In this document: piece after piece, positions 1 through 12,142 of the stretch | Numbering within the stretch: position 1 is the stretch's first letter | Layout of the letters: every line of letters begins with the position of its first letter | Origin: Vicugna vicugna | Lineage: Eukaryota | Assembly (NCBI GenBank): GCA_013265495.1 | Contig: MU058669.1 | Span: forward strand, 1,038,234-1,102,233 | Direction of reading: 5' to 3' | Length of the DNA: 64,000 nucleotides | The notes under the pieces: model-generated | Databases searched by the model: none | Told to the model about the DNA's origin: nothing | The model's input: the letters and a program-made list of their open reading frames with translations, nothing else | Made by a program: the position numbers and the translations under genes

Positions 1-774
1 CCAGGGTATTGGTACAAGCTGCACTGTTTGTATGCCAGTTTCCAGCCTGATTCCAGGGTATATTATGTTGATCCAACGGAGGACCATCAGGGACCTGGGG
101 ACTGGGGTAGGGGGAGGTGCTGGGCCGGAGAACTGGGGTGCTAACTGGCTTCTAGATTCAGCTCTGTATTAACTCATTGTATGACCTCAGTTACTTTCCT
201 CTGGGCCTCAGTTCCCCCACCTGTCAAGTTGACAGTTGGACCGTATGATGGTTTACATAAAATATAGGCAGCACATCTCTTCATTCAAATGAAATCTAAG
301 TGGAAACTGATATAAAAGATGTAGAAGTGAAATCTCCAGTTTAAATTTGCAGCAGGGCCTTCCCTCTAGTGCAGTGTTTTATTACTCCATGCTCCTCCTG
401 TGTCCTTCAAGGATCTATCCATTAACTTGTAAAACACTGGGCTAGATCATTGGAAGAGTCCCTTATGGTACTTTTTACCTCCTTTCAGGCATTTCAGCTA
501 CAGAAGGTCACATCAGGCCTTGTAATATGGTGGGAAAGCTGGATGGCAAGTTGAGAGGCCGAGTCCACATTTGGGCCCTGTCCCCCGTTAGTGCTGTGAC
601 CTCACATCTATCTTCTCCTCAACTTGCTTGTCTTGACTTCTTGTCTGTCAAGAAAGAAAGTATTCCTTGTCTTGTCTTATCACATAGAGGTACCAAATTA
701 GATGCCATATGTCAAGGTGCTTTTAATCTAAGTGTACAATAAGAAGGCAAAAACACTCTTTTCCTGAGGGTTAA

Positions 775-965
775 GGCTGTAGGCTCTGACCCCAGTTGCT
801 CTGCCACTTACTAACTATGTGACCATGAATAAGTTAACTTTCTGTATGGTGGTGTCCTCATCTGTAAAGCCATCATAATATTATCTGTGTATGAGTGGTT
901 TGGTTAATGTATCTATGACAGTGAAAAGCAGTGTCCAAGTGCCATAAATGTTTACCATTATTGTT
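775..965 (+). mobile_element. MIR SINE, decayed
   Basis: gctctgccacttactaactatgtgaccatgaataagttaac...ctcatctgtaaa resembles the MIR core. Confidence 0.7.
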
Positions 966-1020
966 GCTTTTTAAAAATTATTATTATCAACAGTGTTGGT
1001 GGGAATCAGGAGGAGGTCTG

Positions 1021-1749
1021 CTCTCTTTCTTTCTTTCTTTTTCTTTTTTTCTCTCTTTCTTTTTATTGAAGTACAGTCAGTTACAATGTGTCAATTTCTG
1101 GTATATAGCATAATGTCCCAGTCATGCATATACATATACACATATATTTGTTTTCATAAAGGTTATTACAAGATATTGACTATAGTTCCCTGTGCTATAC
1201 AGAAGAAATCCAGTTTTTATTTATTTTTATATATACTGGTTAACATTTGCAAATCTCAAACACCCAAATTTATTCCTTCCCACCCACTTTCCCCTGGTAA
1301 CTATAAGATTATTTACTATATCTGCAATTCTGTTTCTGTTTCCTATATGAGTTCATTAGGGTCTTTCTTTCTTTCTTTCTCTTCTTTCCTTCCTTCCTTT
1401 CTTTTTTAGATTCCATATAAGAGTGATGTCATATGGTATTTTTCTTTCTCTTTCTGACTTACTTCACTTAGAATGACAATCTCCAGGTCCATCCATGTTG
1501 CTGCAAATGGTATTATTTTATTCTTTTTATGGCTGAGTAGTATTCCATTGTATAAACATACCACAACTTCTTTATCCAGTCATCTGTCAATGGACATGTA
1601 GTTTGCTTCCATGTCTTGGCTATTGTGTATAGTGCTGCTATATATTCAGGTGCATGTATCTTTTCAAATTAGAGTTTTCTCTGGATATATGCCCAGGAGT
1701 GGGATTGCTGGATCATATGGAAAGTCTATTTTTAGTTTTTGAGGACTCA
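1021..1749 (-). mobile_element. 5'-truncated young L1 (ORF2 C-terminus and 3'UTR) with (TTTC)n tail
   Basis: Typical antisense L1 text (tccatccatgttgctgcaaatgg, gcccaggagtgggattgctggatcatatgg). TSD aggaggtctg at 1011-1020 and 1750-1759. Confidence 0.95.
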
Positions 1750-2471
1750 AGGAGGTCTGGATTCTAATCTTGAACCTAATACTCTCTAAATGTGAGTCCT
1801 AAGTGAATGAAGAGTCCCACCTCAGAGAATTCTGCCAGTCACATCACAGAAGAGATCAAATGAAACATGGATATTAAAATACTTTGAGAAGATAGCACAT
1901 CTTTACAAATATCGAGTTTAGATATGCCTTCCAAGACAGACCTAAATGAAGCACCAGTATTGAAAAATGATTCTGAGGGGGGTTGAACAAAGAAGATAAC
2001 AGGTTTAACAGGACATGCAAATTTCCCATCACCGTTTTGGCTGAAGCACGAGGGAAATAGGTGCTACATGTTAAAGGAAGACTTGTACGGGATTTGCACA
2101 AAGGAGATGGCAGCATAAATCATTTACCACTCCGCGTCAACCACTCACCTCAACCTGTAAAGTTAGAGAGGCTGAAACACAGAGAACAGAGACAGAGTGT
2201 TTTCAGAGAGAAATGTTAGTGTTCTGTGAGCCTGTCAGCAAGGGGGAGGCGTGGGCTGCAGCCTGTCCCTCACCTGAAGCCTGAGTAGAGGGGCTTTAAG
2301 GCAAGATGACTTAGAAAGAATCTTTGTGTTTCTTGGGGTCTGACAGGTGGAGGAGTGGGTGTAGGGGATCATGGCAGCAGACTGGTTATCATTCCTGAGA
2401 AACTTGACAGCCAGCTCCTTAAGTGCCAGAGCAAAGGGGAGGAGACAGAGGTGGAGATCATGGCAGGAGAC

Positions 2472-2950
2472 TGTTACCAAGGGCAAGTTCATGTGCCCGC
2501 TGCACCGTGAAGCCAAACAAACTGAAACATCTAAGTTTGGAGCAGAGAAAGGTTTATTGCCGGGCTAAGCAAGGAGGGCTGGGTGGCTCATGCCCAGGAA
2601 AACCCCAAACTTCCCTAAGGGTTTCGTCAAAGCGTATTTAAGGGCCAGGTAAGGGAGGGAGGCACTGCAGTGTTCGTGATTAGCTAATGCACAATTCTCT
2701 GATTGGTTGATGTTGAGGAAACAGGGCGGTCAATACTATCAACCCCTAGGCACCAGAAGGTCTGGGGGCCATGTGCTCATGATCATCAAGTACTTAATGT
2801 CTTCCCTCTGGTGGTGGTTTTAAGCATCTGAAAAACTCAGGAAATACACATGAGATACTGTTATCTGGGTACTTCAGAGAGGAGCTGCAGCAGAGGATGT
2901 GAGGGAGGGGTCTGACCTTGGAAAGCCCCACAGGGTCCTGCTCGGTTACA
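2472..2950 (-). mobile_element. ERV1-class solo LTR
   Basis: TGT...ACA termini, 4-bp TSD agac/agat, AATAAA on the minus strand near 2553, similarity to the LTR at 11486. Confidence 0.85.
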
Positions 2951-3206
2951 AGATACCTGAACAGTTCCAGTGGACCAGATGTTGGCCATGTGTGAGAGAC
3001 ACTGGAATGGGTCACCTTAGGCATTTCCAAGGAGACGTCCTGAAGAAGTGAAAAGGTCTCACCCAGACGGAGTGGAGGTGCACTCCCTGGTTCAGGGATT
3101 AAGCAAAGAGCTGTAAGTAATGAGGCAAAACAGAGCGTTAGCCTTTTTACGGGAACTGTAGATACCAGATACACATTTATAAATGCTCATTGAACACCTC
3201 CCCACA

Positions 3207-3259
3207 ACACACACACGCGCACACACACACACACACACATGCAAACATACACACGCACA
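3207..3259. repeat. Interrupted (CA)n microsatellite
   Basis: Seen directly in the sequence. Confidence 0.95.
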
Positions 3260-3963
3260 AAGAAAAAAGTCAGCTGTGAATGTCTCCCCGGTGCAGGGAG
3301 TGCAATATCAGCTCACACAGTTACCAGTCCAGCCACAACTTCCCTGCTCAGTCCACCCTGCACCCTGAATCCTGAAGACTCAGAAATCTTGGTTAGCAAA
3401 ATGGAGGAAGCACGAGGCGGAGAAAGGGATTAGGAACCATCCACAGTCTGTGTCCTTGTTCACCATTTGCTTCTTTCTGCTTATAAGGTGTACACATTCG
3501 GTATGGGGAGAAATTGCGCTTTGAGATTTGAAATATTGACTGTCACACGGGGCTAGGTATTTCACTCTCTGGATTGACGTTGCGCACATTACCTTGGAAA
3601 AGCATGAGAGCACTATGGGCACGAGGAGCTAGTTCCCCCGATTAAATGGACAGAATGAGACAAAAATACAGTCGCTTGATGATAACATCTTACCATGATT
3701 TTCGAATTAATGGTTACCAGGTGCTAAACTACATGTTATGAAAATCAGATCTTCTTTCATCCAAAGGGATAGAAAAAAATTGTTGTTTTAATCTGAGAAA
3801 GAATGAAAAACAAATCAGTTTCAGCCCTTAAGCTGTGTAAATCGTGAGGCTGCCACCGAGACGGCAAGGACTCAGAATTACGTCGTGAACTCAGGCTTAT
3901 TCTGGGACAGGGTTAGCCTTGTATACAGGTTAAGAGGTTAATTACCAAAATTAGGTAATTTTA

Positions 3964-4379
3964 TTTTATTTTTTAACACCTTTATTGTGGTATGGTTCCT
4001 GTACGGTAAACTACACATATTTCAGATGAATTTTGATAGATGTATACACCCATGAAACCACCACCACGATCAACAGAGCTAACATATCCATCACTCCCCA
4101 AGAGGTGCAATTTTCAAATTCCCAGTTTATCCCTTCCCACCCCCTTTATCCCCTGGTAACGATAAGTTTGTTCTCTATGTCTGTGAGTCTGTTTCTGTTT
4201 TGAGAAAAGTTTATTTGTGTCCTTTTTGAAAGATTCCACATGTAAGTGACATATGATATTTTTCTTTCTCTTTCTGGCTTACTTCACTTAGTATGACAAT
4301 CTCCAGTTCCATCCATGTTGCTGCAAATGGCAATATTTTATTCTTTTTTATGGCTGAGTAGTATTCTATCTCTGTGTGT

Positions 4380-4410
<31 letters not shown>

Positions 4411-4887
4411 NNNNNNNNNNNNNNNNNNNNNNNNNNNNNNNNNNNNNNNNNNNNNNNNNNNNNNNNNNNNNNNNNNNNNNNNNNNNNNNNNNNNNNNNNN
4501 NNNNNNNNNNNNGGGTGCATGTTTTGAATTATATTTTTCTCTAGATATATGCCCAGGAGTGGGATTGCTGGGTCATATGGTAAGTCTATTTTTAGTTTTT
4601 TAAGGAACCTCTATTCTGTGGCTGCACCACTTTACATTCCCACCGACAGTGTAGGAAAGTTCCTTTTTCTCCTCACCCTCTTCAGTATTATTGTTTGTAG
4701 ACTTTTGAATGATGGCCATTCTGACTGGTGTGAGGTGATACCTCATTGTAATTTTGATTTGCATTTTTTAACAATTAGTGACGTTGAGCATCTTTTCATG
4801 TACTTGTTGGCAGTTTGTATGTCTTCTTTGGAGAGATGTCTGTTTAGATCTTCTGCCCACTTTTTGCTTGTTTTTTTTTTTCTGATA
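3964..4887 (-). mobile_element. 5'-truncated L1 with composite 3' end, containing (CA)n and an assembly gap
   Basis: ORF 4211-4405 matches the L1 ORF2p C-terminus (EYYSAIKKNKILPFAATWMELE). Perfect 18-bp TSD caaaattaggtaatttta at 3946-3963 and 4888-4905. Confidence 0.93.
4411..4512. other. Assembly gap (102 N)
   Basis: N run directly after a (CA)n tract. Confidence 1.
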
Positions 4888-5604
4888 CAAAATTAGGTAA
4901 TTTTAGAGGGGTCAGATGGTTCCATCATATCCCCTACCCTCTGCTTAAAAGTATATATTCTTAATATTCCATTTGATGCTTACAACTCGTCCTTTTCTTT
5001 CAAATCTTCTGACTCTGAGACAATTAACATTCCTATGGGTGAATCATGCCTTGTCATTCTCAGTCACTTATCCCCCAGCTAAATGGGTACAAAGCATTTC
5101 TGAATTCCGGCTTTGATAGAAGAGAAGGAGTGGTGGACGGTCCCTGTGCGTTTGGTGGAAGTCAATGAGTGCTGGTAAAGGAGGAAATGCTACAAGGTCT
5201 ACAAGAAGGTTGTTCAGGCAACCTTGTAACTGACTCGGATAAGTTCTGCACCAGAAGCTTCTTGTCACTCCCTGTATTATCCTTTGATTTTCTTTAAGCT
5301 GTGATAGAGAAGTTGAGCTTAATTGTATCATAGCATCAGAATATCAGAGGCAAACCTAAAGATCATCTAGCACTGGGAAGGTAACCACATTCCATCTTGT
5401 GTGTTAATTCCCAAAGCATCTGTGATAGCCTGGCCCACAGGGTGGAGGACGGTAAGGCCTCGTTTTCACTGAGGAAGTCAGGATGGGGTCTGTGGGTGAA
5501 AGGGGGCAATGGGCACACACACGCCATTTCTTTCCCAACCTGGATCTCCACAGTCTGCACCCACCCAGAGTCTTCGCCTTCTGCCTGTGTCTCCCCACAG
5601 CCAG

Positions 5605-5712
5605 GGACACTTGACAGCCTGTGACCTTCTCTGTAAAATGGAGATGGTAGCATTCATGCCATAGAGTGACTGTGAGATGTAAGTGAGCTAGTGGGTGTAA
5701 AGTGTTGACATA
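5605..5712 (+). mobile_element. MIR fragment
   Basis: ctctgtaaaatggagatggtag...gactgtgagatgtaagtgag...gtgtaaagtg. Confidence 0.65.
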
Positions 5713-5812
5713 CACCTAGTTTTTATATAAATCAAGTGTCTCAATGGGCTTTCCAAGATGAGATTTATTCCCATATTCCAGGTAATTTTAAGACATTACA
5801 AAAAGGATTCCA

Positions 5813-5948
5813 TATATTCAAAAGCTTGTTATAACCTATAATGAAAAAGAATATGAAAAAGATCATATAAATGTGTATGGATAACTGAATCACTATGCTG
5901 TACACCAGAAACTAGCATTGTAAAGCAACTGTACTTCAATTAAAACAA
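5813..5948 (+). mobile_element. Very short L1 3' end insertion
   Basis: ataactgaatcactatgctgtacaccagaaact...acttcaattaaaa. 13-bp TSD aaaaaggattcca at 5800-5812 and 5949-5961. Confidence 0.92.
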
Positions 5949-6480
5949 AAAAAGGATTCCAACTGAGAAGCACATCACTACACAGCTGGAAATTGCCAAG
6001 CTGAGGTTCAAATCTAGATCTTTTCTGACTCCAAAGACTCTGTTTTTTCTACGAGACCATTCTGCCTTCTAGGAACTGAAATCTTTTTCTTGGAACTGGG
6101 ACCCCATCACTTGTCTGGCATTTCGTGGATGATGTGTGTCTGCACATCAGACACTCGCCTGTTTCTGGAGCTCTCATGCCTTTGATACCCCCTCCCCAAT
6201 GAGGCTCCCAGGCTTGACCAGTGGCCTGGACTAGGAGTTCATGTATGTCCTCATGAGCTCAGATGCCCAACTTCTGCAAGTGGACCTGACCTCCCCACTG
6301 CAGTACCAGTGAGGAAATCTGGTGTACTTGTCACTCACCATTTACAGAGCCCTGACTACGTGCTGGGCATTCTACTCTGCACACACAGTGACAAACAGTT
6401 ATAGCCCAGACCCTAATGGAGCTTACACTCCAACGGGAAGGCAGGCACTGGAAGAAGGAAGAAAGTCACCCAAGTATGTA

Positions 6481-7308
6481 CAGTTGTCCTCCTTTATTGG
6501 TGATTTTGCTTTCCCTGGTTTCAGTTACTTGCAGTCAGCCGTGGTCCAAGAATATTCAATGTAATTCCAGAAATAAAAAATTTGTAAGTTTTTAATTTCT
6601 CGCCATTCTGAGTATCGTGATGAAATCTCGAGTCATCCTGCTCTGTCCTGCCCTGGCTGTGAATCACCCCTTTGTCGAGTGCAATCCACCCACTAGTCAC
6701 GTATAGCTAACTCTGCTCTCAGACCAACATCCCTGGTATCACAGTACTTGTGTTCAAGTCACCCTTATTTTCTTTAATAATGGCTCGAAAGCCCAAGAGC
6801 AGTGATGCCAGCAATTCGAATATGCCAAAGAGAAGCTGTAAGTGCTTCCTTTAAGTGAAAAGATGAAAGTTCTTGACTTAAATTAAAAAAAAATGATATC
6901 CTGAAGGTGTCAAGATCAATGGTAAGAACAAATCTTCTATCCATGAAACTGCACAGAAGGAAACAGAAATTCATACTAGTTTTGCTGTTGCACCTCACAC
7001 TGCAAAATTCCAGCCAGTTTGTGACATGTGCTTAGTTAAGATGGAAAAGGCATTACATTTGTATAATAAGGTATTTTGAGAGAGAGACCACATTCACATC
7101 AGTTTTATTACAGTCTATTGTTACAATTTCCCTATTTTATTATTGTTGTTGTTAATCTCTTACTGTGTCTAATTTATAAATTAAACCTTATCATAGGTAT
7201 GTATGTATAGAAAAAACATAGCATATATGGGGTTCAGTACTATCCACAGTTTCGGGCAGTCACTGGGGGTCTTGGAACATATCCCCCGTGGATAAGGAGG
7301 GACCCCTA
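6481..7308. mobile_element. Tigger7/MER44-type non-autonomous DNA transposon
   Basis: TA-flanked degenerate TIRs (cagttgtcctccttt / gataaggagggacccct) and MER44-like interior (ggggtcttggaacatatccccc). Confidence 0.85.
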
Positions 7309-8238
7309 TATTTAAGAGCTGTGTAATAATTGATCTGAAGGAGAAGTACAGGGTGTAACAGTGGACCATGACCTAATTTGAGGAGTCAAGTTTTGAACTT
7401 CTCTTAAACCACATCTCTTTATTGAGATTTTGGGGATAGGAGTAGTCAGCTCATGCTGGCGTTACAAGGATTGAGAGATAGAATGATTATAAAGTATGAA
7501 GCACAGTGTGTGGCACAAAGAACAATGAGACTTCAAAAGTTTGCGATGGCGGCCTTTTCTATCGCTATTCTTATTCCTCTCACCTTCTGTGGAACGGGAA
7601 TCTGTAGTGACACCTGACGGCGGTGGAGACACTAGTCAGGAATCTCTCACTTCTAACCTGTCTCCTTTTCCCTCTCCTGTCACAGTCAGTGGCCTCGCAG
7701 GGCTCAATTTCACTACTATACAAAGTAAGATACGATATTGTGCATTTTGAAGAGCCAAGTGAAGTGAGTTTTTCAAGGTCACTAGGAAGGTCATGGCTGA
7801 GAAGGAAACAGGTCTGCTCACTCCCTATCTAAGGCGTTTCTGATGTCTTCACTTCCAGGTGGTATCTCAGTCCAAAGCAAATTTCCAAATGTTGACAAAG
7901 TAGCCCAAGATGCAACAATCTAGACTCCAAATAGGCGACAAGGCTTTAGGATCTTCTGTTTTTCATATTGTTTTCTTTCTGTTACATAACCCAGGGCTCC
8001 ATTGGCCCGGACTATAATCAGCCAAACTCAAGTGGAGGAAGAGCTACAGCATCAGACCAGAGCCACCCATGGTCTCTGTGCTTCCATCAGTTGCCTGAAC
8101 CCGTAAGTCCCTCTCACCTGAATTTTCTCCGCAGGAATGCCACCGGGAAAGTCTACGGCAGGTGGAGGAGACTGGCTGTGCCCATAGAAAATACAATCTG
8201 ATGCTTGTTTTTAAATCCTAGCATCAAAACCAAGCAGA

Positions 8239-8307
8239 AGCTTTGCGCAGTGGCAGTATCGTAGCCAATGAGGTTTATCCGAGGCGCGATTATTGCTAAT
8301 TGAAAAC
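8239..8307 (+). pseudogene. RNU4: 3'-truncated U4 snRNA retropseudogene (U4 nt 1-64/69)
   Basis: AGCTTTGCGCAGTGGCAGTATCGTAGCCAATGAGGTTTATCCGAGGCGCGATTATTGCTAATTGAAAAC is the U4 5' end. 13-bp TSD aaaaccaagcaga at 8226-8238 and 8303-8315. No Sm site or 3' half. Confidence 0.97.
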
Positions 8308-8834
8308 CAAGCAGAGCAGAAAACAAAAGTGAAATGAGAAAGATAAAAGGATGTGGATGAAAACCAGGGGGCCGGGAGGGGAGGAGCTTGGAGCGGTGGG
8401 CGGCAACTCACAATGCTTGACAGAGACACCCTCTGTGCGGTGGCAGCGGTGTTCCCCAGATTCTCTTGCACACCCGCCAGAGAAACACACACGTGGGCCT
8501 CGCCTGCAGTGACTGGTCATGGACATTCTAACAGTCAAAGGAACCAAGGCTCTGAATGAGACTTGTTTATTTAAAGAGAAGAGACACCAATTTGTAGCAT
8601 TTGTAGCAGCTTGAGATCCAGTTCTCTTGTATCGTTGCTGTGCTTAAAGAGGCTGAACGAGCCATCAGTAAACTGCACGGTGGGAGAGCCCCTCCCTGCT
8701 CCCGGGGCCGCCCGGTGTGAAAACCCACAGCCTGCCTTTTCTCAAGTTTTGCTCTTGTTCCTTAGATTGGCAAGGAGTTGGGTGCCCTTAAAGAGGGTAG
8801 ACTTGGCTTTGTCAGTAGATTCTTTACTGTTTGT

Positions 8835-9005
8835 TCATTAGTTTGTTTACTCATTCATTCATTCGTTCATTCATTCATTCACTCATTTATTCATAGTGCT
8901 ATTGAGCATCTACTTTGCCAGCCTCAATTCTAAGCACAAGGGAGTATAGAGGAACACAAAAGACAGGGTCACTGCTCTGCTACCCTCACGGGGTTTACAT
9001 TTCAG
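8835..9005 (-). mobile_element. L2 3' end with (TTCA)n tail
   Basis: (ttca)n followed by tattgagcatctactttgccag. Confidence 0.75.
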
Positions 9006-10591
9006 TGGCCTTGGGCTATGCACCTGTCTTACATTCACTGAACATGTTTTATCCATTAGGATTTATGCGAGATGCTGGGAAAACTAAAATGAATGAGAAG
9101 GTGGACCCTGTAGTAATACCAAGGACTCAGGCAGATGATTGTATTTTTAATAATATAGGGGCAGTCTGAGAGCCAGGTCCAAGGAGGGTATCTAACTTAG
9201 CAACATGAGGGGAAATGTCTTCAAAAAATTGTTTCTCAAAAAGGACTTGAATTTGTCTTTCTGTTTCGTAGTTATTGTCCAGTAAATAGTTGAATACTCA
9301 CAATGCTTAGAAGAGTGTGTGCCACACGTAAGCCCTAGATAAACTCTTGTGCATGTCATTTTTAGCTAGGCATAGTATTAGGGACATCGGAAAGTAACGA
9401 GTACTAAACCTAGAGGCAGCTATACCTCTGGACAATGAGACCAGAGAGAGGAAGGAATTTTTCCAACTGGAATAAGAATGAGAATCTGCAGACACCTAGT
9501 CTGGTTTCTCTCCAGTACGATGCTATTGCACACACACTACGGGCAGCGCCGCGGAATTCATTGCATGGGTCTCTATTTTTAAAAATGAATAATGAGCTCT
9601 TAACACGCTCTTTGTAGACAGGCCCAGAGAGCAAAGGCGGCTGAATTCATCCTTTCTCAGCTGTATCAGACCTAGAAATTTCTCCTGGAGTGATGCTCAG
9701 GGAGAGAAAGCTGGGGGTTCTGCCACCATCTGTTCTAAGTAAATACCACCACTGGTCTTTATTTAGCAATCGCTCTTCCCAAGATCTCCGCGCTCGAGTT
9801 TAGAGGGGAAGGATGCAGGACACAGGGCAGTCAGCCAAACTCAAGTGGAGGAATAGTTACCGCATCAAACCAAGGCCATGCACGGTCTCGGACCAAACCA
9901 CAGAGGCTGCTGAGTACATCACAGCTGGGGCCTGGCCAAACCCTGGAGAATGCAATTCCTCAGTCCCTGCAGCAGAGAAGTACAGTTTGGATATTTAAAT
10001 CCGGGCGTATCTTGCCTGTGGGCTATGTTTCCAAAGGCAAATATTGTTGAGCGAGTCATTCCGTCATGCTGTGCCGTGGGTGGCAGCAGGTTGAGGGGAC
10101 TGGGAACAGAGCCAGGACTGGGGTAGGCAGCACGGAGGAGACGTGGGGGTGGGGGGAGTGATGGGGTCAGAAGCCAGGCCCGCAAGTCACAAATGTTACA
10201 GGATGAAGCTGTGTAGGAAGGTCCAGAGGTTGTGCAAATGTGAACCCACAGGAAATGAGGTCTGCAAAGTCTGGTAGCTCAACACTCAAGTAAAGAACCT
10301 GGAAACTGAGCCAAGGCACAAGCGGCGTTTTGCCAGCGGCAAGAAAAGGACTGTTACGTGGAGACTTTCTGACCCAGTCTCCTCTGCCTTGTGTTTCTTT
10401 TCATCCCCGTCGGAGCCAATTGAAAGCCGGCCAAACCCAAAGCCCCTGTTACCTTTCTGCCGTCACTTGTTTAGATTCCCAGGCAGGACAGGGAACATAC
10501 CAGGCTCTGGCTGCTGTATATTTATGATGCTCAGGCTCAATGAAAAACCTGCAGGGAGTGAGTTCTTAGTAAGAAGTGGAAAAGGGAGTAT

Positions 10592-10980
10592 TTGTTCATT
10601 CATTCATATATTTATTCAGCGCCTTCCATGTGCCAAACACTGTGCGAAGTCCTGGAGATAAAACTGACACACAAAGGCAGCCGTGGTCTGTGCGCGCATA
10701 GCTTACAGACCTGTTGGGGAGAGTAGACGTTAATCAAAGATTTATAAATTGAGAGAGAGAGAGACAGGCAGAGAGACACCACTGTGGTACATGCTCCAAA
10801 CGAGAAGTAGCCAGGTCTGTCAGAGAGATATGAACTGGTCAGGGTAGTCAGAGGAGACCTCCCGAGAAAGTGACCATTTGAAGTTTGCAAGAAAGAAACT
10901 AAAGTTTGGGAGTGGAAGAGAACATTCTGGTTCTTCTGCTAACGGACCTCAGCAGGAGGGAGCAACGTGAGACTGAATGC
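10592..10980 (-). mobile_element. L2 3' fragment
   Basis: ttcattcattcatatatttattcagcgccttccatgtgccaaacactgtg...gtagtcagaggagacctccc. Confidence 0.75.
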
Positions 10981-11129
10981 TTTATTTATTTCACAATTCA
11001 GTTTTACGATTAAGTAATTCAGTCATACAGCAGCCCGCCGTGTGCTAGATGTGGGGTAGAATCCAAGTTTAGAAGGTACAGACCCTGTGCTGAAGAAGAG
11101 CTATTGCAAGAGGTCCAAACCTACCACAG

Positions 11130-11320
11130 GTTTTTATTGAATTCCTCCTGTGTGCCAGGTGCTTTCCATTGGCCATTTAACATTAAGAGGGAGCTACTGT
11201 TATTCCCATTTACAGATGGGGAAACTGAGGCTTAGACAGATAACTTGCAGGATCACAGATCTGAACCTGCCAGTAACAGCTCTCTTGACTGCCAAGCCCA
11301 TGAACTTTTCATATAACCCA
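11130..11320 (-). mobile_element. MIR
   Basis: tattcccatttacagatggggaaactgaggcttaga. Confidence 0.8.
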
Positions 11321-11485
11321 ATGCCTCTACCCAGAGCCCTATACGGAAACTTACTAGAAGAATTTTGGGTGTCAGCCTACTTTTCCCCCTTCAGCAAGAG
11401 TTCTATCTAGACTTGATCTGTGCATCAACACTGGGTTGTGTGTTTGAAACCATAAATACGTGCAGTTTAACGTTTTTAGTAAAAG

Positions 11486-12133
11486 TGTTACTGAACCAAA
11501 CTTGGATGTGCTCGCCCGCGCGCAGTAAAGCCAATCTACTAACACCAGGTTGTAGTGAAGGAAAGTGCAGTGTTTGTTGCAGGAGGCCAAGCAAGGTGGG
11601 CAGATAGCTAAAGCTCAAGACACCCAAACTCCCCAGTGGCCTTCAGGGAAAGTTTATTAAAGGTAGGAGGAGGGAGGGGGCTGTGAGGTGTGTGATCAAC
11701 TCATGGATGTTCTCCTGATTGCTGTGTGGTGAGGTCATGGGGAGACATCATCAACCTTCTTCTCCACCTGGTCTGGGGTCTCCGTGCTCGTGGGCAGCAT
11801 GCAGTTAACATGCAGTTAACTTCTTCCTCCTGGTCAGGGTTTCCATGTCTGCAAAACAGCTCAAGGACATGGCTCAGGATATTATCTACAGCCATTGAGG
11901 AGGAACTGAAGGTCCTTGACTTTGTTTAATGGCTGAACTGTTATTATTTTGTCTTGCTTGACTCTTTTCCTTTCTTTCTGCATTTTCTCACTCCTCTGGT
12001 TAAATTTACTCTTTGGAACTCAGGGAAGGCCTGGGAGGCTAAAGTCTTTCTACAGAAAAGAGTCAGGTGGGAGGACATGGGGGTGGGGGGGGGTCTGTTC
12101 CGGGAAGGCCCCATGGGGTTCACGTTGGGTACC
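11486..12133 (-). mobile_element. ERV1-class solo LTR
   Basis: Starts tgttac and ends gggtacc. 4-bp TSD aaag at 11482-11485 and 12134-12137. Shares blocks with 2472-2950 (ggaaggccccatggggt vs ggaaagccccacagggt). Internal 11-bp duplication catgcagttaa. Confidence 0.85.
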
Positions 12134-12142
12134 AAAGTAGGG

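Noticed and set aside
993..1409. 138-aa hydrophobic ORF
   Set aside because: Antisense reading of an L1 3'UTR and (TTTC)n repeats.
8239..8307. Functional U4 snRNA gene
   Set aside because: It lacks the 3' half and Sm site, and is bounded by a TSD rather than snRNA promoter context.
2472..12133. The two ERV1 LTRs as ends of one provirus
   Set aside because: They differ in length and sequence, each has its own 4-bp TSD, and there is no gag/pol/env between them.
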